The notes below the pieces were generated by a model. The model worked only from the letters and a program-made list of their open reading frames with translations, had not been told where the DNA came from and did no database searches. Shown here piece by piece: positions 26,380 through 35,567 of a DNA stretch of 64,000 nt. A program made the translations under genes and the position numbers. The stretch's first letter is position 1; the number at the start of each line of letters is the position of its first letter. Origin of the DNA: a virus (Duplodnaviria; Heunggongvirae; Uroviricota; Caudoviricetes); IMG/VR virus record IMGVR_UViG_2880372215_000004, one strand, 5' to 3'.

Positions 26380-26745
26380 ATGGCTGAGCTTCGTACACTC
26401 CAGAGCAGAATCAAAACACTGAATACCCGACGGGTGAATATTCTGAAGGGTGAACAGCGTCGTGTCAGTGGCAGTGCACGTGTTTCCCTCAAGCGTCATA
26501 TCTGGCTCAGGGATGCCGGGCAGTGCTGTCTCTGTGGTCGTGTGGTTGACCTCTGTGACAGTGAACTCGATCACCGAATTGCACTTCAGTTCGGTGGTGG
26601 TAATGAGGAGACGAATCTCTGGACGCTCTGTACCGAATGCCATCGACAAAAGTCTGCTCGTGAAGCGGCGGGTGGTATGCCGGACCCGACGCTGCCGGAG
26701 GTGTCCGGAGGTAGTGGCAGAGCGGACGACATCATCGGACTGTAA
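26380..26745 (+). CDS. HNH endonuclease (terminase-associated), 121 aa
   Basis: CCLCGRVVDLCDSELDHRIALQFGGGNEETNLWTLCTECH is an HNH motif. It precedes terS/terL as in HK97-like cos phages. Confidence 0.85.
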   Translation: MAELRTLQSRIKTLNTRRVNILKGEQRRVSGSARVSLKRHIWLRDAGQCCLCGRVVDLCDSELDHRIALQFGGGNEETNLWTLCTECHRQKSAREAAGGMPDPTLPEVSGGSGRADDIIGL

Positions 26746-26835
26746 CCCGAGCGGGGGGGTATCATCCGGCGTAAAAAACGATCGCTCCGGACACCGCGCC
26801 CCCTCTCACGCAGAGAAAAAATTCCCGTTTCAGGG

Positions 26836-26960
26836 CAGTTAACATGTTAACTGGCTGTCCGGGCATTTTTGCGGTTTTTATCTTTATTATTCAGTTTGTT
26901 GTGCGAAAAAAATGTTAACTGGCTTTTTCATCAAATGTTAACCAGGCAGCAGTTAACATT
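26836..26960. repeat. GTTAAC-containing palindromes/repeats between HNH and terS (candidate cos / terminase recognition region)
   Basis: Perfect 18-bp palindrome CAGTTAACATGTTAACTG (26836-26853). ATGTTAACTGG at 26912-26922. Inverted AATGTTAAC (26934-26942) and GTTAACATT (26952-26960). Confidence 0.45.
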
Positions 26961-27033
26961 TGCGGCATGAGACGCCGGGAAAAATGGGCTGAACCATACC
27001 CGGCTGAGTGCGTTCTGGACCCGGGAGGAGGCT

Positions 27034-27597
27034 GTGCTGACAACGCAAAAACGAAAATTTGCGCTGGCGCTCATGTCCGGGAAAAACAAAACAGCGTCAG
27101 CCATTGCCGCTGGTTATTCGGCGAAGACCGCCAGGGTTAAAGGCTCGCAGCTGGCAAAAGATCCGGAGGTGCTTGCGTTTATAGCCCGTAAACAATGCGA
27201 GACGGTGGAGGTGGATGAGGTTCCTGTTTACCGGCAGAAAAAATCAGAGCAGGAGGATAAACCCCGTCGCCGTGAGGCGGCTGCAATACCACAGCCGGAC
27301 GAAAACAATCCGGAGATGCCACCGTCCGCGGTGATGTCTCCTGGTATTGAATATATGGAGGATGGTCTTCCCGATCCGGTGAAAGCGATGGGGCGTCTTC
27401 TGGTGGAGAACATTAATACCGACCCCAGGCTGGCGCTGGATGCGGCTTATAAGCTGGCGCAGTTCACGCACCATAAAAAAGGGGATGCCGGTAAAAAATC
27501 GGCAAAAGGTGACGCGGCGAAAAAAGCGGCTAACCGTTTTGCGGTGCCACCACCACCCCGCCTGGTGGTGAATAATGATAATGAGGGCAACGGATGA
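27034..27597 (+). CDS. Terminase small subunit, 187 aa (GTG start)
   Basis: MLTTQKRKFALALMSGKNKTASAIAAGYSAKTARVKGSQLAKDPEV is an HTH of the Terminase_2-type small subunits. Overlaps the terL start (ATGA). Confidence 0.8.
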   Translation: MLTTQKRKFALALMSGKNKTASAIAAGYSAKTARVKGSQLAKDPEVLAFIARKQCETVEVDEVPVYRQKKSEQEDKPRRREAAAIPQPDENNPEMPPSAVMSPGIEYMEDGLPDPVKAMGRLLVENINTDPRLALDAAYKLAQFTHHKKGDAGKKSAKGDAAKKAANRFAVPPPPRLVVNNDNEGNG

Positions 27598-29236
27598 TAC
27601 CTGTGTGGAGCACGGCCTGCCCGGACTGGGCAGAGCGCCTGAAAAAGGGGCTGTCGATTATTCCGGCTCCGATTTATCCGGACAGGCTGCACATGCACTG
27701 GCGATTTTTAAACAACTGCGATTGTGGATGCACCGGGTAGCCCGACATTCGGGGAGTCCTGCGCACCGTGGGTGTTTGACCTGGTGGCGGCCCTGTTTGG
27801 CTCCTACGATGCGCAGACCGGTGTTCGCCATATCAAGGAAGTTTTATCCTTATCCCCAAGAAAAACTCGAAGTCCACGCTGGCTGCGGGATCATGATGAC
27901 GGCGCTGTTACTGAACTGGCGGCAGGCGGCGGGCTACACCATTCTGGCCCCGACCGTGGAGGTGGCGGCTAACGCCTTCAACCCTGCCAGGGATATGGTA
28001 CGACGGGACGATGATCTGGATGACCTCTGTCAGGTGCAGACACATATCCGGACCATCACCCATCGGGTGACGGACACCACCCTGAAGGTGGTGGCTGCCG
28101 ATCCGAATACGGTGTCCGGTATCAAGTCCGTGGGGACGCTGATTGATGAACTGTGGTGTTTGGCAAGCAGTACAAGCGGAGACATGTACGTGAAGCCATC
28201 GGCGGCTTGCCTCCCGCCGGAAGGGTTTGTGGTGTATACGACCACCCAGTCGAATGAACCGCCCGCCGGGGTGTTCAGACAGAAACTGCAGTATGCCCGG
28301 GATGTCGCGACGGCAAAATTCATGATCCGCACTTTCTGCCGGTGATTTTTGAGCATCCTCCTGAAATGGTGGAAAGCGGGGCTCACCTGCTGATGGAAAA
28401 CCTCGCCATGGTTAACCCGAATCTCGGTTATTCGGTGGATGAGGCTTTCTGTACCGGGAGTACCGTAAAGCCCGGGAGGCTGGTGAGGAAGCATTTCGTG
28501 GCTTCATGTCAAAACATGCCAATGTGGAAATTGGTCTTGCCCTGCGTTCTGACCGCTGGGCGGGCGCGGATTTCTGGGAGCAGCAGGGCAGGCGCGTCAG
28601 CCTGGACGATATCCTGCAGCGCGCTGATGTGGTGACGGTGGGGATTGACGGCGGGGGCCTGGATGATCTGCTGGGAATGTACGTGATTGGCCGTGACAGG
28701 GAAACCCGCGAATGGCTGGGCTGGGGCCATGCCTGGGCGCATGAAACCGCGGTGGTCGACGGAAGAGCGAGGCGTCCCGGTTTCAGGATTTGTGCCTGTG
28801 GAGATATGACGATTGTCCGTCGGTCGGGGATGACACGGCGGAAGTGGCGGAATATGTGCGTCGCATTCATGAGGCTGAGTTACTGGACATATCGGTATTG
28901 ACCCGTCAGGGTGGGGCAGATTCTGGATTCACTGGCGGAAGCCGGGATCCCCGACGGAATGTGGTGGGGATAAGCCAGGGCTGGAAACTGGGCGGGGCCA
29001 TTAAAACCACCGAGCGCAAACTGGCTGAAGGGGTGCTGATGCATGGTGACCAGCCCCTGATGGCCTGGTGTGTCGGCAATGCCCGGGTGGAGCCTAAAGG
29101 TAACGCCATTCTTATCACCAAACAGGCCAGTGGACGGGGAAAAATTGACCCGCTGATGGCGCTGTTCAATGCGGTCTCCCTGATGTCCCTTAACCCGGAA
29201 CCGAAAAAGAAAGAATATGCGGTTTTTTTCATATAA
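27594..29236 (+). pseudogene. Terminase large subunit, broken into many frames
   Basis: TerL-like peptides are scattered over all three frames. They include MIPVWSTACPDWAERLKKGLSIIPAPIYPD (frame of 27594), QAAHALAIFKQLR, DAPGSPTFGESCAPWVFDLVAALFGSYDAQTGVRHIKEV, FILIPKKNSKSTLAAG, IMMTALLLNWRQAAGYTILAPT..., IFEHPPEMVESGAHLLMENLAMVNPNLGYSVDEAF, MSKHANVEIGLALRSDRWAGADFW...GIDGGGLDDLLGMYVIG and ...GISQGWKLGGAIKTTERKLAEGVLMHGDQPLMAWCVGNARVEPKGNAILITKQ. Confidence 0.8.
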
Positions 29237-29299
29237 CCCTGTTCACACTGTAACCATCATGAACCGCTGCGGCGGTTTTTTTATTTTCAGGAGGCTGAT

Positions 29300-31237
29300 G
29301 TGACTCTTAAACGGGCCTGTTCCCTGCTGACGGTGAAATCCTTCAGTGAGGATGAACGGGTGATCACCGGGATTGCGTCAACGCCTTCTCCGGATCGGGA
29401 TGGTGACATCCTGGAGCCGGAGGGCGCGGAGTTTGGCAGTGCGATCCCGTTTCTCTGGCAGCATGACCATTCCCGCCCGGTGGGGCAGTGTACGGTGCGC
29501 CGGGTCAGCGAAGGGCTGGAAATCACGGCAACACTGGTGAAGCCCGTACCGGATATGCCGTCGCAACTGGCTGCCCGGCTGGATGAGGTCTGGGCGGCCA
29601 TTAAGACCGGGCTGGTCAGGGGGCTGTCCGTGGGCTTCCGTCCCCATGAATACACCTTTCTGGACGGAGGCGGACTGCATTTTCTGCGCTGGGAACTGAT
29701 GGAGGTGTCTGCCGTCACCGTGCCCGCGAATGCGGAATGCACCATCCGGACCATTAAATCTTACGACCGCCCGTTTTCTGCCGCGTCCGGCAACCGGAAA
29801 CCGGTGGTGAAAATCGCATCTTCTGCCGGCGCTGCGGCACAGTCAACAACCGTTTTTCATAAGGAAAAGACCATAATGAATATTGGCGAACAGATTAAAA
29901 GTTTTGAAAACAAGCGTGCAGCGCTGGCAGCCTCCCTTGAGGAGGTCATGACCAAAGCCGCAGAGGAAGGGCGCACGCTGGATGTGGAGGAGGAAGAGCA
30001 TTACGACAACACCGCAGCGGAAATCCGTCAGGTGGATGCGCACCTGAAGCGCCTGCGTGAACTGGAAGCCGGTAAGGCCGCCACGGCGCAGCCGGTGAAA
30101 CAGGCCGGTAACGGGAATGTGGCCGCGGTGGCTTCTGCGCCGGTGATCCGTGTGGAGCAGAAACTGGATAAGGGGATTGGCTTCGCCCGCTTTGCCAAAT
30201 CGCTGGCTGCGGCTAAAGGCGTCCGATCTGAAGCCCTGGAAGTGGCCCGTCGTCAGTATCCGGATGACAGTCGTCTGCATCATGTCCTGAAATCGGCAGT
30301 GGGCGCGGGGACCACCACGGATCCGCAGTGGGCAGGCAGCCTGTCTGAATATCAGGAATACGCACAGGACTTTATTGATTACCTGCGTCCGCAGACCATT
30401 ATCGGGCGATTTGGTCAGGGCGGGATCCCTGCACTTCGTCAGGTGCCATTCAATATCCGTGTGCACGCCCAGGTGTCCGGCGGTGCTGCCGGCTGGGTGG
30501 GTGAGGGTAAGGCAAAACCCCTGACGAAGTTTGATTTTGAATCCATCACCTTCAGTCATGCGAAGGTGTCGGCCATTGCGGTACTGACGGAAGAATTGAT
30601 CCGTTTTTCCAGTCCGGCTGCTGATGCACTGGTCCGTAATGCGCTGGCGGAAGCGGTGGTGGCGCGTCTGGATACAGACTTTGTGGACCCGAAAAAAGCC
30701 GCAGTGGCAGATGTCTCCCCGGCGTCCATCACCCATGATGTGAAGGGCACGGCATCAACCGGTAACCCGGATGCGGATGCCGAGGCTGCGTTTGGACAGT
30801 TTGTGGCAGCAAACCTGCAGCCCACCGGTGCGGTCTGGCTGATGTCCAGCACCAATGCCCTGGCACTGTCCATGCGTAAAAATGCGCTGGGTCAGAAGGA
30901 ATACCCGGACATGACCCTGCTGGGTGGCTCCTTCCAGGGGCTGCCGGTGATTGTCTCCCAGTACGTGGGTGACCAGCTGGTGCTGGTGAATGCCCCGGAT
31001 ATTTATCTGGCGGATGACGGCGGCGTGGCAGTGGATATGTCCCGCGAGGCATCACTGGAAATGCAGTCTGAGCCGGGCGGCGACAGTACCACGCCGTCCC
31101 CGGTGGAGCTGGTTTCCATGTTCCAGACAGGCAGCGTGGCCATCCGTGCGGAGCGCTGGATCAACTGGCGTCGTCGCCGTACTGCGGCGGTGGCGGTGAT
31201 CACCGGAGTGAACTACGGCAGTGCGTCCGGCGGCTGA
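29300..31237 (+). CDS. Prohead protease-major capsid protein fusion (HK97 family), 645 aa
   Basis: N-terminal S78/U35 protease pattern DGDILEPEGAEF...FLWQHD...GLSVGFRP...EVSAVTVPAN. The C-terminal ~440 aa form an HK97-type major capsid domain. Confidence 0.85.
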   Translation: MTLKRACSLLTVKSFSEDERVITGIASTPSPDRDGDILEPEGAEFGSAIPFLWQHDHSRPVGQCTVRRVSEGLEITATLVKPVPDMPSQLAARLDEVWAAIKTGLVRGLSVGFRPHEYTFLDGGGLHFLRWELMEVSAVTVPANAECTIRTIKSYDRPFSAASGNRKPVVKIASSAGAAAQSTTVFHKEKTIMNIGEQIKSFENKRAALAASLEEVMTKAAEEGRTLDVEEEEHYDNTAAEIRQVDAHLKRLRELEAGKAATAQPVKQAGNGNVAAVASAPVIRVEQKLDKGIGFARFAKSLAAAKGVRSEALEVARRQYPDDSRLHHVLKSAVGAGTTTDPQWAGSLSEYQEYAQDFIDYLRPQTIIGRFGQGGIPALRQVPFNIRVHAQVSGGAAGWVGEGKAKPLTKFDFESITFSHAKVSAIAVLTEELIRFSSPAADALVRNALAEAVVARLDTDFVDPKKAAVADVSPASITHDVKGTASTGNPDADAEAAFGQFVAANLQPTGAVWLMSSTNALALSMRKNALGQKEYPDMTLLGGSFQGLPVIVSQYVGDQLVLVNAPDIYLADDGGVAVDMSREASLEMQSEPGGDSTTPSPVELVSMFQTGSVAIRAERWINWRRRRTAAVAVITGVNYGSASGG

Positions 31238-31281
31238 GTCTGATAAGGAGGACGGGAGGCGTGCGCCTCCCGTAACAGGTT

Positions 31282-31503
31282 ATGGCAAAGATCCGATATC
31301 TGCAGGGCACGCATGATGCCCGGGCCGGGGATATCCGTGATGTGGCACAGCCGTGTGCGGAGGTGCTGGTTCGCCTGGGGAAGGCGGAGTACATCACAGC
31401 GCGACGTCCGGCAGGTCAGAAAAAGAAACGTGATGCGGAGCATGGCGAATGTGGAACCTTTTGCGGCGAACCCGAAAAAACCAGAAATCAGGACGTGACG
31501 TAA
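31282..31503 (+). CDS. Hypothetical small head-region ORF, 73 aa
   Basis: ORF between the capsid and portal genes. The N-terminal half looks protein-like. Overlaps the portal start, so it is uncertain. Confidence 0.3.
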   Translation: MAKIRYLQGTHDARAGDIRDVAQPCAEVLVRLGKAEYITARRPAGQKKKRDAEHGECGTFCGEPEKTRNQDVT

Positions 31504-32812
31504 GAGAAGTGGGCTGGCGGTCCCTGTTTCAGGCGGTGGCTGAGCCTTTTGCCGGTGCCTGGCAGCAGGGGGTGAAAGCCGATCCGGAAACCGTTTTGTC
31601 CTTTCACGCGGTGTTTTCATGCATTTCGCTGATATCCCAGGATATTGCCAAAATGCGGCTTCGCCTGATGCAGACTGATGTACAGGGAATACGCCGGGAA
31701 AAGCGGCAGGGAGATACTGCCCGTCTCTGTCGTCGTCCTAATGCGCAGCAGAATCGCATCCAGTTTTTTGAACTGTGGCTGAATTCCAAATTGCGTCACG
31801 GCAATACGGTGGTGCTGAAAATCCGCACCCCCCGGGGGCAGATCAAAGAACTGCGTATTCTGGACTGGAACCGGGTTGAACCTCTGGTGGCGGATGACGG
31901 CGAGGTGTTCTACCGCATCACGCCGGACCGGAACTGTGGGATCACAGAGTCGGTGACGGTGCCTGCCCGGGAGGTGATCCACGACCGTTTTAACTGTTTT
32001 TTTCATCCGCTTGTGGGGCTGCCGCCGGTGTATGCCGCAGGACTGGCCGCCATGCAGGGGCATCATATTCAGGCAAATTCGACGTATTTTTTCAGAAATG
32101 GCGGGCGACCATCAGGCGTGATTGAGGTCCCCGGCAGTATTACGGAAGAAAACGCGAAAAAACTGAAGGGGAACTGGGACAGCGGATATACGGGCGAAAA
32201 TGCCGGGAAGACGGCCATACTGAGCAACGGGGCAAAATACAGCCCCACGACGTTTTCACCGGTGGATGCGCAGACGGTGGAACAACTGAAAATGACGGCT
32301 GAAATTGTCTGTTCGGTGTTCCGTGTCCCGGCCTACAAGATTGGCGTTGGCCACCCGCCTTCCAGTGACAACGTGGAGGCGCTGGAGCAGCAGTATTATT
32401 CCCAGTGTCTGCAGACGCTGATTGAGTCCATTGAACTGTTACTGGATGAGGCGCTGGAAACGGGGGAAAACGAGAGTACAGAATTTGATGTCACCACGCT
32501 GCTGAGAATGGACAGTGAGCGGCGCATGAAAACGCTGGGGATGCGGTGAAAAATACGCTTCTCACGCCCAATGAGGCCCGTAAACGGGAGAACCTGCCGC
32601 CCCTGGCCGGCGGTGATGCACTGTATCTTCAGCAGCAGAACTACAGTCTGGAGGCGCTGTCCCGTCGTGATGCCCGTGAGGATCCGTTCGCGTCTGCCGG
32701 GAAAACAGTTTCATCACAGCTGCCTGACGGCGCATCTGACGGTAATAAGGCAATCAGTGAAACAGAGCATGATGCGGTGAAAGCGATGTTCAGGGGGATA
32801 CTGAGAAAATGA
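31449..32812 (+). pseudogene. Portal protein (HK97 family) with a frameshift near the 3' end
   Basis: The 366-aa ORF ends ...RMKTLGMR*. The next ORF (32546-32812), in another frame, continues the portal C-terminus KNTLLTPNEARKRENLPPLAGGD. One extra G in the G4 run at 32537-32540 would join them (TLGDAVKNT). Confidence 0.7.
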
Positions 32813-34026
32813 CGGAACGGGAACTGTCCATTATTCGTGCACTGGGAGAAGAATTTTCCACAGTGCTGGCGGATTTACAGCGCACATTTGAGGGGAAGAT
32901 GGCCTCGCAGGCACAAGCGTTTGAAGAGAAACTGACTTCCCTGTCGGCGGTATTACAGAAGCATGTGACGGTGGATGAGGTGCGTCCGGTTCTGCAGGCG
33001 ATGGTGGATGACGCTGTGGGGGCCATTCCGGTACCGCGTGATGGTCGTGATTATGATCCGGATGTACTGCAGCAGGCGGTGAATGATGCGGTCGCAAATA
33101 TTCCGCAGCCGGCGGACGGTAAAAGTCTCACCCCGGATGATGTGCGTCCGATGCTTGAACAGATGGTGAAGGAGGCTGTAAGCCATATCCCTGTTCCGCG
33201 TGATGGTCGTGACTACGATCCGGAAGTACTGCAGAAGGCGGTGAATGATGCGGTCGCAAATATTCCGCAGCCGGCGGACGGTAAAAGTCTCACCCCGGAT
33301 GATGTGCGTCCGATGCTTGAACAGATGGTGAAGGAGGCGGTAAGCCATATCCCTGTTCCGCGCGACGGTCGTGACTATGATCCGGAAGTACTGCAGAAGG
33401 CGGTGAATGATGCGGTCGCAAATATTCCGCAGCCGGCAGACGGTAAAAGTCTCACCCCGGATGATGTGCGTCCGATGCTTGAACAGATGGTGAAGGAGGC
33501 GGTAAGCCATATTCCTGTTCCGCGTGATGGTCGTGACTACGATCCGGATGTTCTGCAGAAGGCGGTTCTGGATGCGGTGAGTGCCCTGCCGGCTCCGCAG
33601 GACGGGCGTGATGCCACGGCACTGGAAATACTCCCCGCCATTGACGATCAAAAATCCTTTCCCCGGGGCACGTATGCCACACACCAGGGCGGACTCTGGC
33701 GGGCGTATGAAAAAACGCACGGGATGCGGGGATGGGAATGCCTGGTTGACGGGGTGGCGGATATTGACGTCAGCATGACGGGTGAGCGGTTGTTCTCTGT
33801 GGTGGTCCGGCAGAGCAGTGGCCAGCGTACGGAAAAAACATTTTCCCTGCCGGTGATGCTCTACCGCGGTGTGTTCAGAGCCGGTGAAACCTACCACCCC
33901 GGCGATACGGTGACGTGGGGGGGCTCGCTGTGGCACTGCAACAGTATGACCGAAGATAAACCCGGAGAAGCTCATTCATCAGCCTGGACCCTGGCTGCAA
34001 AACGTGGGCGGGATGCAGGAGGCTGA
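32809..34026 (+). CDS. Head-region repeat protein with CBM5/12-like C-terminus, 405 aa
   Basis: About 3.5 tandem 54-aa repeats (IPVPRDGRDYDPEVLQKAVNDAVANIPQPADGKSLTPDDVRPMLEQMVKEAVSH). The C-terminal GDTVTWGGSLWHCNSMTEDKPGEAHSSAW resembles a chitin/carbohydrate-binding motif. Confidence 0.7.
   Translation: MTERELSIIRALGEEFSTVLADLQRTFEGKMASQAQAFEEKLTSLSAVLQKHVTVDEVRPVLQAMVDDAVGAIPVPRDGRDYDPDVLQQAVNDAVANIPQPADGKSLTPDDVRPMLEQMVKEAVSHIPVPRDGRDYDPEVLQKAVNDAVANIPQPADGKSLTPDDVRPMLEQMVKEAVSHIPVPRDGRDYDPEVLQKAVNDAVANIPQPADGKSLTPDDVRPMLEQMVKEAVSHIPVPRDGRDYDPDVLQKAVLDAVSALPAPQDGRDATALEILPAIDDQKSFPRGTYATHQGGLWRAYEKTHGMRGWECLVDGVADIDVSMTGERLFSVVVRQSSGQRTEKTFSLPVMLYRGVFRAGETYHPGDTVTWGGSLWHCNSMTEDKPGEAHSSAWTLAAKRGRDAGG
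33025..33600 (+). repeat. Coding tandem repeat, 162-bp unit, 3 full copies plus a partial one
   Basis: Units start at 33025, 33187, 33349 and 33511. Copies 2 and 3 are nearly identical. Each unit contains two related 27-aa half-repeats. Confidence 0.9.
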
Positions 34027-34028
34027 AA

Positions 34029-34355
34029 ATGACGGCATTACTGACACTGGAAGAGATCAAGGCACATCTGCGTGTCGACCATGACGCGGATGATGACATG
34101 CTGATGGACAAGGTTCGTCAGGCTACCGCCGTGCTGCTGGCCTACATTCAGGGCAGCCGGGATAAGGTGATTCGTGAGGACGGTGAACTGATCCCGGGCG
34201 AGGCATTAACCCGGATGAAGGGGGCTGCCATGCGACTGACCGGGATGCTGTACCGGAATCCGGATCTTGCGGAGCGGGAAGAACTGATTCAGGGGGAGCT
34301 GCCGTTTTCTGTTTCCGTGCTGATTTACGATTTGCGTTGTCCGACGGTGTTATGA
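34029..34355 (+). CDS. Head-tail connector (gp6-like), 108 aa
   Basis: MTALLTLEEIKAHLRVDHDADDDMLMDKVRQATAVLLAYI is the typical Phage_connect_1 N-terminus. Confidence 0.75.
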   Translation: MTALLTLEEIKAHLRVDHDADDDMLMDKVRQATAVLLAYIQGSRDKVIREDGELIPGEALTRMKGAAMRLTGMLYRNPDLAEREELIQGELPFSVSVLIYDLRCPTVL

Positions 34356-34364
34356 GGAGGGGGA

Positions 34365-34715
34365 ATGGCAATATCTGCAGGTCGTCTGACACAGATGATA
34401 AGTGTTCTGAACCCGGTGTTAACCCGTAACGCTGCCGGAGAAATGACGGAAGAATGGGTGTCATGCGGGAAAATTCATGCGGATATCCGGGGCAGGAGCA
34501 GCCGGGAGCGGATGCAGTCCGGTGCGGAAATGGCGCAGGCGGAAATCCGCATCTGGGTGCGCGGTCAGTCCGGTCGGGAAATCACGGCAGCGTCACGACT
34601 TCATGTGCTGAGTGGTCCCTGGCGTGACCGGATCCTGAACGTTGTCGGGCTGCCCGTGCCGGATGCGACCGGCGGACGTCTGGAAATTCTCTGTCGGCTG
34701 GGAGGGGAAAAATGA
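34365..34715 (+). CDS. Head closure / head-tail adaptor protein, 116 aa
   Basis: GRLTQMISVLNPVLTRNAAGEMTEEWVSCGKIHADIRGRSSRERMQSGAEMAQAEIRIWVR follows the SPP1 gp16-like pattern. Confidence 0.7.
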   Translation: MAISAGRLTQMISVLNPVLTRNAAGEMTEEWVSCGKIHADIRGRSSRERMQSGAEMAQAEIRIWVRGQSGREITAASRLHVLSGPWRDRILNVVGLPVPDATGGRLEILCRLGGEK

Positions 34716-35158
34716 TCGAAACCCTGCTGGATTTTTCGGGGCTGGAGGACATCAGCCGCGATTTGCAGCTTCTGAGTGGTGCGGAAAATAACCGGGTGCT
34801 GCGTGAGGCAACCCGTGCGGGTGCGAATGTGCTGAAAGAAGAAGTGGTGTCACGGGCACCGGTACGCAGGGGAAAACTGCGCCGCAATGTGGTGGTCCTT
34901 TCCCGGCGCTCCCGCGATGGCGGGATGGAATCCGGTGTCCATATCCGTGGTGTTAATCCGGACACCGGTAACAGCGATAACACCATGAAGGCGGATAACC
35001 CGCGCAATGCTTTCTACTGGCGGTTTGTGGAAATGGGGACCGTGAATATGCCACCGCACCCGTTTGTGCGCCCGGCGTTTGATGTGCGCAGTGAACAGGC
35101 AGCTCAGGTGGCGATTGCGCGGATGAACCGGGCCATTGATGAGGTACTGAGACGATGA
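34712..35158 (+). CDS. HK97 gp10-family tail component, 148 aa
   Basis: VLREATRAGANVLKEEVVSRAPVRRGKLRRNVVV...FYWRFVEMGTVNMPPHPFVRPAFD is the gp10-family signature. Confidence 0.7.
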   Translation: MIETLLDFSGLEDISRDLQLLSGAENNRVLREATRAGANVLKEEVVSRAPVRRGKLRRNVVVLSRRSRDGGMESGVHIRGVNPDTGNSDNTMKADNPRNAFYWRFVEMGTVNMPPHPFVRPAFDVRSEQAAQVAIARMNRAIDEVLRR

Positions 35159-35499
35159 CGGAGGCGGATTTGTATCCTTATCTGGCGCATCTTGCCGGCG
35201 GGCAGGTGTACCCGTATGTGGTCCCCCTGCTGGATGGCAGGCCGTCGGTGGCGCTTCCGTGGGTGGTTTTCAGCCTGATTTCATCGGTGTCTGCGGACGT
35301 GATGGGCGGGCAGGCGGAGTCCTCAGTGTCGGTGCAGATAGACGTTTATGCCGGGACTGTGACGCAGGCGCGTCAGATACGTCAGGACGCCCGTGAAGCC
35401 ATAATGCTGCTGGCCCCGGGATCCGTCAGTGAAATGCAGGACTATATTCCGGAAAACCGCTGTTACCGTGCAACCCTGGAGTTTCAGGTCACGGTGTGA
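35155..35499 (+). CDS. Tail completion protein (DUF3168-like), 114 aa
   Basis: Position and size fit. MTEADLYPYLAHLAGGQVYPYVVP...VQIDVYAG pattern. Confidence 0.6.
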   Translation: MTEADLYPYLAHLAGGQVYPYVVPLLDGRPSVALPWVVFSLISSVSADVMGGQAESSVSVQIDVYAGTVTQARQIRQDAREAIMLLAPGSVSEMQDYIPENRCYRATLEFQVTV

Positions 35500-35529
35500 C
35501 TTTTTCTTTTTTTTCTACAAAACCCATAC

Positions 35530-35551
35530 CCCGCCGCGTGCGGGTTTTTTT
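35530..35551 (+). terminator. Short GC hairpin plus T7 run before the major tail gene (attenuator/terminator candidate)
   Basis: CCCGC-CGCGT-GCGGG followed by TTTTTTT. Confidence 0.45.
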
Positions 35552-35567
35552 ATTATCAGGAGGCAGA

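Noticed and set aside
29843-30736. 297-aa minus-strand ORF opposite the protease-capsid gene, and similar long antisense ORFs at 32953-33975, 36154-36963, 36428-37045, 44609-45202 and 45574-46434
   Set aside because: All lie antisense to well-supported structural genes in GC-rich DNA, where long spurious ORFs are expected. The 45574-46434 ORF is simply the Pro/Leu-rich mirror of the collagen GXY repeats.
33025-33600. Regular 162-bp repeats, considered as a possible CRISPR-like or satellite array
   Set aside because: The repeats are contiguous with no spacers. They are in frame, and they encode a conserved 54-aa unit within a 405-aa ORF. This is a coding tandem repeat, not CRISPR.
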